Source: Octopus sinensis (taxonomy: Eukaryota). Taken from it: a stretch of 30,227 nucleotides of DNA. The notes beneath the pieces are model-generated. The model was given only the letters and a program-made list of their open reading frames with translations. It was not told the DNA's origin and searched no databases. This document shows, piece by piece, positions 10,897 to 24,555 of this stretch. The stretch is from assembly GCF_006345805.1 (NCBI RefSeq), contig NW_021832638.1, forward strand, positions 1 to 30,227, read 5' to 3'. A program made the position numbers and the translations under genes. How positions within the stretch are numbered: the first letter of the stretch is position 1; the number at the start of each line of letters is the position of its first letter.

Positions 10897-11449
10897 GAGT
10901 TAGAGTGCAGTGCATGCCATCAAAGTGACACTGGGGTGAAATATACGAAGCCCAGTATACCCATCATGACTACCCATCTGATAAGGGTACACTAGGCACA
11001 TGCATCACAACCATATGTGCGTGACATGGTGATCTCATATCAAGATAAACAGCACATGACCTTGCAAGTGGAGCCCAGTTAGAATTTTCTTCTGGTCGAG
11101 TAACCCATCCCGCTCAAAAGGTCCCTGAATAAGGGTTATTTTAGGATGTTGAACGAAACACCTATGTTACAGAGGTGAATCATTCAAAGACCAGAAGATT
11201 CCTTTCAGCATACGGCTATGATGCTACCCCACTCCTTCTGCTCGTGATCAGAGATGCACATATTGTCAGCCACTAAGGGACATGCTCGACTGGTTAAGGT
11301 CAAACAACTGACAAGCAAATCTGTGGTATTGAGCAGAATATTTGCTGTAGCCCATCTTTTATACCAAGACAAAATAATGTACATGATAACACTTCCAATC
11401 AGTTAAGATCAGAAGCCATGAGAGCCACTGCCTGGTACTGCATCAGGGC

Positions 11450-11451
<2 letters not shown>
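10897..11451 (-). mobile_element. ~550-bp non-coding element embedded in (TAT)n, copy 1
   Basis: Flanked on both sides by (TAT)n (10844-10896 and 11452-11510); reverse complement of 25823-26367; strand is inferred from a (TAA)n tail. Confidence 0.8.
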
Positions 11452-11511
<60 letters not shown>

Positions 11512-11618
11512 GCATCATCCTACGTCTGAGAATTTAAAATCACTACTTTAACTTTCTGCAATATCTCAACGCTTTTAAAGCAAACTTCGTTTGTTTGTTT
11601 ACGTTCATCGTAATTCGA

Positions 11619-11673
<55 letters not shown>

Positions 11674-11675
<2 letters not shown>

Positions 11676-13963
11676 AGTAGACTATATTTGGACGAAAACA
11701 AGTTAGCAAATATTAGGTGGAATATCTTCAGAAATAAAAGACTCACAGATAGTGAAATAACTGCAATCAAGCACGCAGCAGAAAATTACCTAATTATAAG
11801 ACAGAAAAGAAATGAAGAACCAGACGAATAGAGTAACTCTCCACTTGTCTCCACTTGACCAGAACACGCAAACGTCTGGAGAAATAAATTGTCATGAACC
11901 TGACAGAGATAGTGAGGAAAGTGGCAAAGAAACAATATTCGAAAACTACGCATTTACTGCAGAACATAGAGTCTATGATAGAACTGAAGCAGTAAATCTT
12001 GAATAAGCTTGCAGTTGTAAGACACGCTAATATGCATGATAGAAAACCACTTCGTAAGCTCTCAAATACAATCCAAAATAGAAAACAAATTAAAATTGGA
12101 AACTATGTAACAAAAGAAATTATACAAGAACTAAAACCAGATCTCACTGAATTAAAGGAAATTATTTATGCATCTGCCAAGACAATTGAAACCATTTGTA
12201 TGCCTCTGAAAAAAACAAAGAAATACAAACCTGAGAAGAATTCCAAACTGGAAAAGTAAAATTGGAAAAGAGATTGAAATAATGAGAGGTGAAACATCAA
12301 TATTGAATGAACTAATCACGGCAAACAATTTAAAAACCAGAAATGGAAGAACCAAGAGAAAAACTGCTTTCAGCAAAAGAAACACTGCAACAAAAAGTCC
12401 AAGCAAAATTTCAAAGAATACGAAGATTTGAGAAGAGAAACAAATTTTACAAGCAAAGTAAGCTGTTCACATCCAATACGAAAACATTCTACAGAGAAAT
12501 AGGGAAGGAGAAAATAACTGTTGAAGACTCCCCACTGCCATGGAAGAAGTTGAAAACTTTTGAAAAATTATCTGAAATAATGAAAAGACTTACAATGAAA
12601 ATGCAGACTAGATTAGACACACAGAAGGATCCTACCAAAACTTACCGGAACAAGACATCACAATAACAGACCTAAGGATGACACTCACGAAGGCTCATAA
12701 GTGGAAATCTGGTTATGATAGGGTGCCAAATTTCTGGCTCGCATCGCTCCCGTGAGCACACGAACATTTAGTCCAGTTATTCAATGAAATTATGAGATCC
12801 TACGAAAACACCTGATTGGTTAGCAAGAGGCATTACTTACCTACTCCCGAAGAATAATGAAACCAAATTTCCCCAAAGCTCTCGGCTCATAGCATGTCTA
12901 TCTACCATGTATAAAATTTTGACATCCATCCTCGTGGAGAAAACATACAAATTTATGGAACAGAACACTATTTTCTCTACTGAACAAACAGGGGGATGAG
13001 GAGTCTCATATGGATGCAAAGATCAACTCTTAATCGCATGACCCTTGAGAACTGTCATAAACGAAGAAATCTCAGTTCTGCTTGGACTGATTATAAAAAG
13101 GCCTTTGGCAGCATACTGCATTCATGGATCTTGAAATTGTTGGATATCTTCAAAATTACCTGTGATTTCAAACTTCCTGAAGCACAACATGTCAGTGTGG
13201 AATATGAATCTCCAGTTATACCACTCTAATGGATTACTGATCACAAAAAATATTAATATCAGCTGCAGCATTTTCCAGGGTGACTCACTCTCTCCTTTAA
13301 TTTTCTGCATAGCTCTAATACCCCTTACAAGTGAACTTAACAGAACAAGGCATGAATATAAAATTGGCAACAAGAAAATAAGTAATCTATTTTATATAGT
13401 TGAATTAAAGCTCTATGGCAAAGACGATAAAGAGCTTGAAGGACTGCTACGTACTGTGAAAGCATTCAGTGATGACATTGTGACATTGGGATGGAATTTG
13501 ATCTTGATAAATGTGCCAAGGCCACTTTCCAGAAAGGGAAACTGAAGACCTCACATTCAGTGGTGTTGGATGTTGACACAGTTATAAAAGAACTCGAGCA
13601 GGGACAAACTTACAAATACTTCGGAATAAGTGAGGGCTCTGGCAACATGCAAGTATGAAAGAGAAGAGCAAGAAGGAGTTTTACAGGAGAGTTCAAGCAG
13701 TCCTAAAATCCGAGTCAAATGCACGTAACAAGGTGTTACTCTTTACTCTTTTACTCTTTTACTTGTTTCAGTCATTTGACTGTGGCCATGCTGGAGCACC
13801 GCCTTTTAATCGACAACTCGACCCCGGGACTTATTCTTTTGTAAGCGCTGTACTTATTCTATCGGTCTCTTTTGCCGAACCGCTAAGTAACGGGGACATA
13901 AACACACCAGCATCGGTTGTCAAGCAATGCTAGGGGACAAACACAGACACACAAACACACACA

Positions 13964-14058
<95 letters not shown>

Positions 14059-14427
14059 TACGACGAGCTTCTTTCAGTTTCCGTCTACCAAATCCACTCA
14101 CAAGGCTTTGGTCGGACCGAGTCTATAGTAGAAGACACTTGCCCAGGGTGCCACGCAGTGGGACTGAACCCGGAACCATGTGGCTGGTAGACAAGCTACT
14201 TACCACACAGCCACTCCTGCGCCTATAAATTCCTTAGCACTTCCAGTTGTTATTTACAGTTTCGATGCGTTGAACCGGAATATGAGCGAAATAAGGAAGA
14301 TTGACAGAAAAATCCGTAAGCTGCTGACTTGCAATATAATGCACCACCCAAAGGCAGACGCAGATTGTCTTTACCTTCCCAGAACCCTAGGAGGTCGAGG
14401 CTTGATCCGATTTGAACTCAAAACCTA
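11674..14427 (+). pseudogene. R4/Dong-clade non-LTR retrotransposon reverse transcriptase, degraded and truncated, interrupted by SINE B
   Basis: Collinear motifs across frameshifts: TPDWLARGITYLLPK, IACLSTMYKILT, GCKDQL, AWTDYKKAFGS, IFQGDSLSPLIFCIAL, decayed YxDD (FYIVELKLY), YKYFGI, HPKADADCLYLPRTLGGRGL. Confidence 0.88.
13737..14223 (-). mobile_element. SINE family B, full length, inserted in the R4/Dong element
   Basis: Interrupts NARNKV|INSLALPV of the LINE; central (TA)n at 13967-14060. Confidence 0.92.
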
Positions 14428-14815
14428 AAAAGCCGGAAGAATTGTCGCCAAGCATTTTATCCGTCTCGTAAACGAATCAAAGCAGGTGACCGCCTTAGCT
14501 CAGTCTTATAATAGTAACACGACAGGAAAGAAGGATGACCTAAAACTGTAGATTAGTCATCGTTAAATCAGATGTTTAGATAGATAGATATCTTTGTGTA
14601 ACAGCTGGGTGTATATAAAGTTGGACAATGATTAAGCGTTTTGGGTAGTAATTAGGAGTTTAACTTAATTAGAGTGCTCTTGTGTTTTCAGTGCACAGTA
14701 GCAGGTTTCAGTCACGTGAATGACCTATAAAATTCGTAAACTGTCTCCGACCTATAAAAAGTTACGATACATGTTCAGGCCCAGAAAAAACATTTTTGAA
14801 ATATTTTTAGTAAAA

Positions 14816-15130
14816 GGCGTGGCTGTGTGGGTAAGAAGTTTGCTTACCAACCATATGGTTCCGGGTTCAGTGTCAATGCGTGGAACCTTAGACGATTGAC
14901 CAACTATTGACCTTGGCAAACCAAAACCCTGTGAGTGGATTTGGTTGACGGAAACTGAAAGAAGTACGTCATTTATGTGTGTATGTGTGTGTGCGTGCGT
15001 GTGCGCGTGTTTGTGTGTATGGTATCTGTGTGTGTGGTGTTTTTTTGTGTGTGTGTATGTGCGTGTGTTTGTCTTCCACCACCACTACTTGATAACCGGT
15101 GTTGGTTTGTTTACGCCACCGTAACTTTGC
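14816..15130 (+). mobile_element. SINE family B, decayed and 3'-truncated
   Basis: GGCGTGGCTGTGTGG head, GAGTGGATTTGGTTGACGGAAACTGAAAG, TG tract, GATAACCGGTGTTGG. Confidence 0.85.
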
Positions 15131-15221
15131 CGTATGGCATACAGTATATAACTAAGTTCAGAAAGAGGAAACCACAATCATGAGGAGAGAGAGAGGGAAT
15201 TTTCAGAGTCAGTCAAGCAGT

Positions 15222-15715
15222 TTCACTTTACGTTGTGAGTTCAAATCCTGCCAAGGTAGAACTTATCTTTTTTTTCTTTTTTTGTATTTTTTCTTTTGAA
15301 GTCGATAAAATAAAAACCAATCAATTCCTGAGATCGATATAATCGACTGTACTCTGGCCCCACCACCCTCATATGATAAACTGTGCCTCAGTTCGTGAAA
15401 AGATTGGCGGATCAGCTGGGTGGTTAGAGTGGCAGAATGAAATGCTATGCGGTATCTCTTTCGGTTCATACCGTTCTGAGTTCAAATCCCGCCGATGGGG
15501 CCAGTTTTATCTTTCACCCCTCCAAGGTCAATAAAATAAAGCAGCAGTCGACTAAAACTGCTGGCGTCAGGAAAATGATTTAGATTTTAGAGTAGCAGAC
15601 TTGCAGAATCGTTTTGAACGGAGAACAAAATACCTTGTGGTATTTATTTATGGTCCTTTGTGTTCTGAGTTCAAATTCCACCATGGGAGGTTTTGCCTTT
15701 TATCTTTTCGGTGTT
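15222..15715 (+). mobile_element. Cluster of three old SINE A fragments
   Basis: GAGTTCAAAT(C/T)C B-boxes near 15237, 15478 and 15668, each followed by a decayed core. Confidence 0.7.
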
Positions 15716-15847
15716 AATTTTTTTTCATCTATTTATTCATTAATTAATTCATTTTAAAATCCATATGGTACTGAAAAAAAGCTACGGCACATCATCATCA
15801 GTTGTATCTGTGTACGTACGTATGTATATATGAGTGTATGCATGTAT

Positions 15848-15899
<52 letters not shown>

Positions 15900-15975
15900 A
15901 TGCATACACGCTAATAATGAACAGTATATTTATCCATCAATGCAGAGTTCAACTCTGCATTGGTGGATAAACATT

Positions 15976-16160
15976 CTTTATTATGTGGGTTAACAAGGCT
16001 ACCGTTGGTTTCATGCCGAGAGAAATTTCTCAACAATTATTAAGCCTGAGGCATGGATCGTTGGTACTCGTTTCCATCTTCAATGGGGATTCACGAATAC
16101 ACGAAGCTACAGGAGTAGCTTGGTGAAACCAATGGTAGCCTTGTTATCCGACAAATAAAG
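15976..16160. mobile_element. MITE-like element with terminal inverted repeats
   Basis: TAACAAGGCTACCGTTGGTTTCA (15991-16013) versus its reverse complement at 16124-16146, 22/23 match, extending imperfectly outward. Confidence 0.65.
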
Positions 16161-16188
16161 TACACACACACACCACACACACACACAC

Positions 16189-16260
<72 letters not shown>

Positions 16261-16288
16261 CATATATATACACACATACATACATACA

Positions 16289-16320
<32 letters not shown>

Positions 16321-16342
16321 CATACATACATACATACATACA

Positions 16343-18127
<1,785 letters not shown>

Positions 18128-18134
<7 letters not shown>

Positions 18135-18381
18135 TATATTATATTAGAGACCAAACCACTATTATGCAAATCAAACAAAGAAAGACTTAAGCCAATACAT
18201 AAAATAATTTATATAAATTAAAATTTAACAATTATAAATAACCACTACGATCGTTTCGTGTCAGCACATCTTTGAGACATTCTTCATGTATTTTATGTAT
18301 CTTATTTTATGTATTGGCTTAAGTCTTTCTTTGTTTGATTTGCATAATAGTGGTTTTGTCTCTAATATAATATAATATAAT
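18128..18381. mobile_element. Penelope-like remnant: ~80-bp inverted repeat enclosing a hammerhead core
   Basis: Arms at 18128-18207 and 18302-18381 (one mismatch seen); minus strand reads (A)TGAAGA-A-TGTC...GACA-C-GAAA-CGATCG-TA at 18287-18246. Confidence 0.65.
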
Positions 18382-18448
18382 ATTTTACTATAAAATTGGA
18401 TTCAATCCTAAATCTGATTTTTCCCTGTAATTTGGATTTATTCCCTAA

Positions 18449-18533
<85 letters not shown>

Positions 18534-18784
18534 TACACACACACACATACGTACACATACGTAAGTACTTGATGACGGAAAAAGCCCTGCTGTCGCTGCT
18601 GCTGCTGCTGCTGGTATTGTTGTCATCATTGTTGTTGTTTGTTAATCTAATAAGGAAGTGTACACCCCTCCCCCCTCAATGGTTCCTGGTGTACTCACAC
18701 CAAACAACAGATAATCACAGAGTCGCAACAGATTATCTCAGGCACGAGTTGAATGTACTCTGCTGGAGTTCTAGAAATTAGGAC

Positions 18785-18892
18785 AACACACACAAACACA
18801 GAAATACATACACATGCACACATATACATACACATACACACATAAATACACACACATATACACATACGTACATACATATGTACGTATATATA

Positions 18893-18942
<50 letters not shown>

Positions 18943-18980
18943 TACATACATGCATATACATACATACATACATACATATA

Positions 18981-19021
<41 letters not shown>

Positions 19022-19335
19022 TACATATGTACATACATATACATACATGGATATGCATATATATATATGCATATCCACACATATATGCGCACTTACACAC
19101 ATGAACGCGTATACATATGCATATATACATTCAGGCATGCACACATATACACATGCACACACGTACAAGCAAACACATTCATGAACACACACACACACAC
19201 ACATATTATGTGACATATATGACATATACACGCTTACACATACACACCTATATATATACACACACACTTAAATTCACATACACATATATATACACACATA
19301 TACACACATATGCACGCATGCACGTATACAATACA
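18785..19335. repeat. Compound (CA)/(TA)/(TACA) microsatellite
   Basis: Direct inspection. Confidence 0.95.
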
Positions 19336-19611
19336 CTCACATGCCCTCGCAAAAACAGGTGCACCACCGTCTCCCTCATCTCTTTCGCTCATCTCTTAAC
19401 CAGTCAGTACGTTATTAAATCACATGACCCTATCTTCCTTATCTTATTTCAGAGAGATTTTCTAAAATAGTCAGAGGCCTTGATTCGTATTTCCCCTACT
19501 TACATAACCCAGGAAATAAACGCACATCTGTGCTTTAATCGTCTATGTAGGTTACTATTAATAAAGCTGACACTATTAATAAAGTTGGTGGTCATTCTCG
19601 TCGTCGTGGTA

Positions 19612-20372
19612 ATCCGTCGGTTACGACGACGAGGGTTCCAGTTGATCCGATCAACGGAACAGCCTGCTCGTGAAATTAACGTGCAAGTGGCTGAGCACTC
19701 CATAGACACATGTACTTTTATTGTATCCTCTGCGTGAAACGTCTGGCTACATACACGTTAGCATATGTCAGGTGCATACAATTGACAACACAGTTAATTA
19801 AGATTTATTTAGTGAGTTCTATTCAACACATGTTTACACGTGGAATCCGTTTGATGAAGGCATTTTGAAAGTTTTGGCCGATAAAGTTGAACTGAAGAAC
19901 CCTACAACGAGGCATGAATTGCACGAAGCCGTCTTGCAGTCTGGAGAGGAGCTATCTGAGCGGAAAATTCGTGGATGTATTCAACATCAAACTCGTGTTC
20001 GGCGTCAAATAGTTGATTGTCGTGGTGGTAACAGATTCGTGTAATAAATTTTGTGTTTATTTTTGTTTCATAATATACATTTTTTCGGATGCAGCCAGAC
20101 TTTTCACACAGAACAGGGAGATTCAGTGTGGCACAGAGTGTGACAAGGCTGGCCCCTTTGAAATACAGGTACAACAGAAACAGGAAGAAAGAATGAGAGA
20201 AAGTTATGGTGAAAGAGTACAACAGGTTTCGACATCACCCCCTACAGGAGCCCCATGCAGCATTAGGTGTTTTTTGCTTAATAAACACTCACAACGCCCG
20301 GTCTGGGAATCGAAACCGTGATGCTACGACCGCGAGTCCGCTGTCCTAACCACTGGACCATCTTGCTTCCAC
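19612..20372 (-). mobile_element. SINE family C split by a DNA transposon
   Basis: 3' part at 19612-19720 and 5' part at ~20116-20372 are the reverse complement of 9296-9679. Confidence 0.88.
19729..20112 (+). mobile_element. Internally deleted Tc1/mariner element retaining the transposase C-terminus
   Basis: Terminal inverted repeats at 19729-19752 and 20089-20112 (21/24); open frame 19841-20044 WNPFDEGIL...KNPTTRHELHEAV...QIVDCRGGNRFV*. Confidence 0.78.
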
Positions 20373-20459
20373 GGTGGTTATAGTAATGAAGCTACAAGAG
20401 TCCCTCTTTATTTTGAATTTATAAGTTGGGAGCTCTTAGTAGGTGCGCACGTTCGTGCT

Positions 20460-21158
20460 TAGGCATATATACATTCTTACGCTTATTCATACGTATATTC
20501 GTACGCACACATAAGCATACGTACGCATATATGTACGCACGTATGTACGCGGGCACGCACGAACGAACAAACATAAGCGTTCTCGAAAACACACAAACGA
20601 ACACAAGCACACACGACCACAAACACATACACACACACACACACATAGACATATACTCAAACACACGTACACAAAGACGCACACATGCATGCCCGCATAC
20701 ATGCATACATACACACATACATAACACACACAAATACGTACGCTAAAACACACACACGTACACAGACAAATACACAGACAATACTCATACATTCATACGC
20801 ACACACATGCATCTTCCTTCGGCCTTTCTTTCAAAACAGCTTCTACTTATCTCTCTTCACTGAAGAAAGATTTTCGCCCGAAACGTCGCAAATATCCGCA
20901 CACAGCAGCATATTAACTGAAGTTATTTTATCTTCTATAGCAATAAATACGTTTTACCGTCGTATCACCAATCTCATATATGTATGTATGCATGTATGTA
21001 TGTATGTATGTATGTATGTATGTATGTATGTATGTATGTATGTATGTATGTATGTATGTATGTATGTACGCATGCATGCATGTATGTATGTATGTATGTA
21101 TGTATGTATGTATCTATGTACGCATGTATGCATGTATGTACGCATGTATGCATGTATG

Positions 21159-21192
<34 letters not shown>

Positions 21193-21480
21193 TGTATGTA
21201 TGCATGCATGCATGTATATATGTATATATGTATGTAAGCATGTATGTATAAATGTATGTACGCATGTATGCATGTATGTATGTATATATATATGTATGTA
21301 TGCATGCATGTATGTATGTATATATGTATGTATGCATGTATGTATGTATAAATGTATGTACGCATGTATGTATGTATGTATGTATGTATGTATGTATGTA
21401 TGTATGTATGTATGTATGTATGTATGTATGTATGCGTGCGTGTATGTATGTACGTACGTGTTTACGTGAGTGCGTGCGCA
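20460..21480. repeat. (CA)/(CG)-mixed and long (TATG)n microsatellites with a ~165-bp unique insert
   Basis: Direct inspection; (TATG)n at 20978-21480. Confidence 0.93.
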
Positions 21481-21856
21481 CCTGTGTTTGTGTGTGCTCG
21501 CGCGGTCCATCTAATTTAGTCTATCTTAGATTATATTACCCAAAGTGCGATTCTGTTTTTAAAAGTTGGTATCTGCGATTCCAGAAAGATTTCGCTTCTA
21601 TTTCTAGCGGATCGTACCACGCAGAAACTGCCTAGTGATGATATGTAGAGGTGGAATTTATTTTTGAGTTAAGTGTTGACACGGAAACGTTTCTCTCTAA
21701 ATTCACGATTCTTCAAAAATGAAGAAATCCGAGAAAGTCAATAACAGCCAAATAACCGGGTAACATTGGAACTATTTCTTTATCTCTTATTTATCCTATT
21801 TATCAGGTTTGTTTTTGTTCCAGAGCCAACGTATTTCTATCAACAACGAAAAAGAT

Positions 21857-22122
21857 TTACTCTTTTACTCTTTTACTTGTTTCAGTCATTTGACTGCGGC
21901 CATGCTGGAGCACCCGCCTTTAATCGAGCAACTCGACCCCGGGACTTATTCTTTTGTAAGCCCAGTACTTATTCTATCAGTCTCTTTTGCCGAACCGCTA
22001 AGTTACGGGGGGACATAAACACACCAGCATCGGTTGTCAAGCAATGCTAGGGGGACAAACACAGATACACAAACACACCACACACACACACACACACACA
22101 AACACACACTCATACACACACA

Positions 22123-22168
<46 letters not shown>

Positions 22169-22412
22169 TGTATGTGCCCACGTGCGTGTGTATCTCTACC
22201 TGTGTTTGTCCCCCACCATTGCTTGACAACCGACATTGCCATGTTTATGTCCCCATAAGCAAGCGGTTCGGTAAAAGAGTCCGAAAGAATAAGTATCAAC
22301 CTTGAAAAATGTATGGGGTCGATGCCTTCGACTGAAAATTTTCCAAGGTGGTGCCCCAGCATGGCCGTACTCTAATGACTGCAATCAGTAAAAGAATAAA
22401 AGAATAAAAGAA
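21857..22412. mobile_element. Two SINE B 3' halves in inverted orientation around (CA)n
   Basis: Minus half at 21857-22070 and plus half at ~22165-22412, both with terminal AAAAGA repeats pointing outward. Confidence 0.85.
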
Positions 22413-22516
22413 TATCGAATTCTGTAACCTTCAGTTTTCTTCACTCAGTCTTCACCGAAAGAAATAATTCCAACTGCTTGCCATGTTGTATTTCTACAGA
22501 AACAATTTTTCTACAT

Positions 22517-22983
22517 TGATGGTTTGTTGATAACTTAATGTGGCAGTCCCAAGAAAGGGGAAGAATGCTACTGCTATTTAGCCCCCAAGAAACACCGTTT
22601 CCAGTTGGCTATGTGACACAAGCGTTCTGTGTCGTTAAGCTTTCAAAAAGGAGAGACAAGCACCTCCACCCAGCAAAGCCATCACCCAGAGACTAATTTC
22701 AGTGTCATTTCACTTAATCAGTCTGGAGTAGCTTGGTTTGCTAGCTGTCGATGCTTATTCACCTTTGAAAACATAGATTTCAAGTGAAATAAATCCACTG
22801 ATCTACAAAATTAGAAATATTACATTACATACAATAGCAGCTTATCTCCCCTGTTTGAAAACATAAGGACACAGAACGCTTGTGTCACATAGCCAACTGG
22901 AAACGGTGTTTCCTGGGGGCTAAATAGCAGTAGCATTCTTCCTTTTCCCAGGACTGCCACATTAAGTTGGCAACAAGCTATCA
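22517..22983. repeat. Long inverted repeat (~145-bp arms, ~180-bp spacer), foldback/MITE-like
   Basis: 22517-22661 is the reverse complement of 22840-22983 with scattered mismatches. Confidence 0.88.
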
Positions 22984-23566
22984 CTTTATCGTGCTGCTAC
23001 TGTATAAATCTCTCTGAGAGATTTAGAAATGTAATATTTCTTAATTTTTATACAGCAAAACGTAAATCGGAAGATAGAGTAATATTTGGATGGTTGTCTT
23101 ATTGTTGATTCTCAAATAAATTCGCTCGTTCCCCCCTACTCTATTTATTTTAATCCCATCGAAGTTCCTCATACACATAATAAACACACACTCCCTAGGG
23201 TTGACATCAAAATCTTATAGACCAAATACAACAAACGAGATATAGGAATGATTTCGTGGTTATTGTAGAAATATTAATAATATGGGTAGATATTAATGGA
23301 AGCTATAAAAAGCTGATTGTTTGATAAATAGATTTAACGCTATAACTCAACTGCGCAAAAGATCTAAAGATTATTTCGTAAGAAAATAGTTCCCGTCAAA
23401 TCACATAGTTTGGATCTTTTCTGTTTAGCTGCCAGTTTTCAATCTCTTCATTTTCTGTTCGTGTGTTGAATACAAATTCGCAAAAATTTTCTCAAAATTC
23501 CAAAAAATAAAAAAAATTAAGTTGGCGTGTGCAAATCAGAATTCCGTCTGTATTTCATTTATTTAT

Positions 23567-24157
23567 GGCGGCGAGCTGGCAGAAACGTTAGCACGCCGGG
23601 CGAAATGCGTAGCCGTATTTCGTCTGCCGTTACGTTCTGAGTTCAAATTCCACCGAGGTCGACTTTGCCTTTCATCCTTTCGGGGTCGATTAAATAAGTA
23701 CCAATTACGCACTGGAGTCGATATAATCAACTTAATCCGTTTGTCTGTCCTTGTTTGTCCTCTCTGGTTTAGCCCCTTGTGGGTAGTAAAGAAATAGGTA
23801 TTTCGTCTGCCACTATGTTCTGAGTTCAAATTTCGTCAAGGCCGACTTTGCCGTTCATCCTCTCGGGGTCGATAAATTAAGTACCAGTTACACACTGGGG
23901 TCGATATAATCGACTTAATCCGTTTGTCTGTCCTTGTTTGTCCTCTCTGTGTTTAGCCCCTTGTGGGTAGTAAAGAAATAGAAATAGGTATTTCGTCTGC
24001 CGTTACGTTCTGAGTTGAAATTCCGCCAATGTCGACTTTGCCTTTCATCCTTTCGGGGTCGATAAATTAAGTACCAGTTGCATACTGGAATTGATCTAAT
24101 CGACTTGCCCTCACTAAAAATTTCGGGCCTTGTGCCTAGAGTAGAAACGTAAAAAAA
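23567..24157 (+). mobile_element. SINE family A trimer (head + two young-tail units + one older-tail unit)
   Basis: Junctions GAAATA|GGTATTTCGTCTG at 23796 and 23986; 18-bp TSD TGTATTTCATTT(A/G)TTTA(T/C) at 23549-23566 and 24158-24175. Confidence 0.92.
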
Positions 24158-24262
24158 TGTATTTCATTTGTTTACAGTCGACAGCACGTGCTGTCATGTA
24201 CAAAATGACAGCTTCCAACCCCTGTTTTCTGACTGGGCGAAAATGATCAAACTTTAGACCTC

Positions 24263-24555
24263 TCTTTATTCTCTTTTTACTCTTTTACTTGTTTCAGTCA
24301 TTGGACTGTGGCCATGCTGGAGTACCGCCTTTAGACGAGCAAATCGACCCCAGGATTTATTCTTTGTAAGCCTAGTACTTATTCTATCAGTCTCTCGGGC
24401 TTCTTTCAATTTCCGTCTACTAAATCCACTCACAAAGCTTTGGTCGGCGCGAGGCTATAGTAGAAGACACTTGCCCAAGGTGCCACGCAGTGGGACTGAA
24501 CCCGAAACCATGTGGTTGGTAAGCAAGCTACTTACCAAACAGCCACTCCTACGCC
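24263..24555 (-). mobile_element. SINE family B with the central region deleted
   Basis: Head joined directly to the tail at ~24395 (CAGTCTCTC|GGGCTTCTTTC); microsatellite absent. Confidence 0.88.

Noticed and set aside
11674-14427. Active retrotransposon or domesticated reverse transcriptase gene
   Set aside because: Multiple stops and frameshifts, lost YxDD aspartates, SINE insertion, and no endonuclease domain
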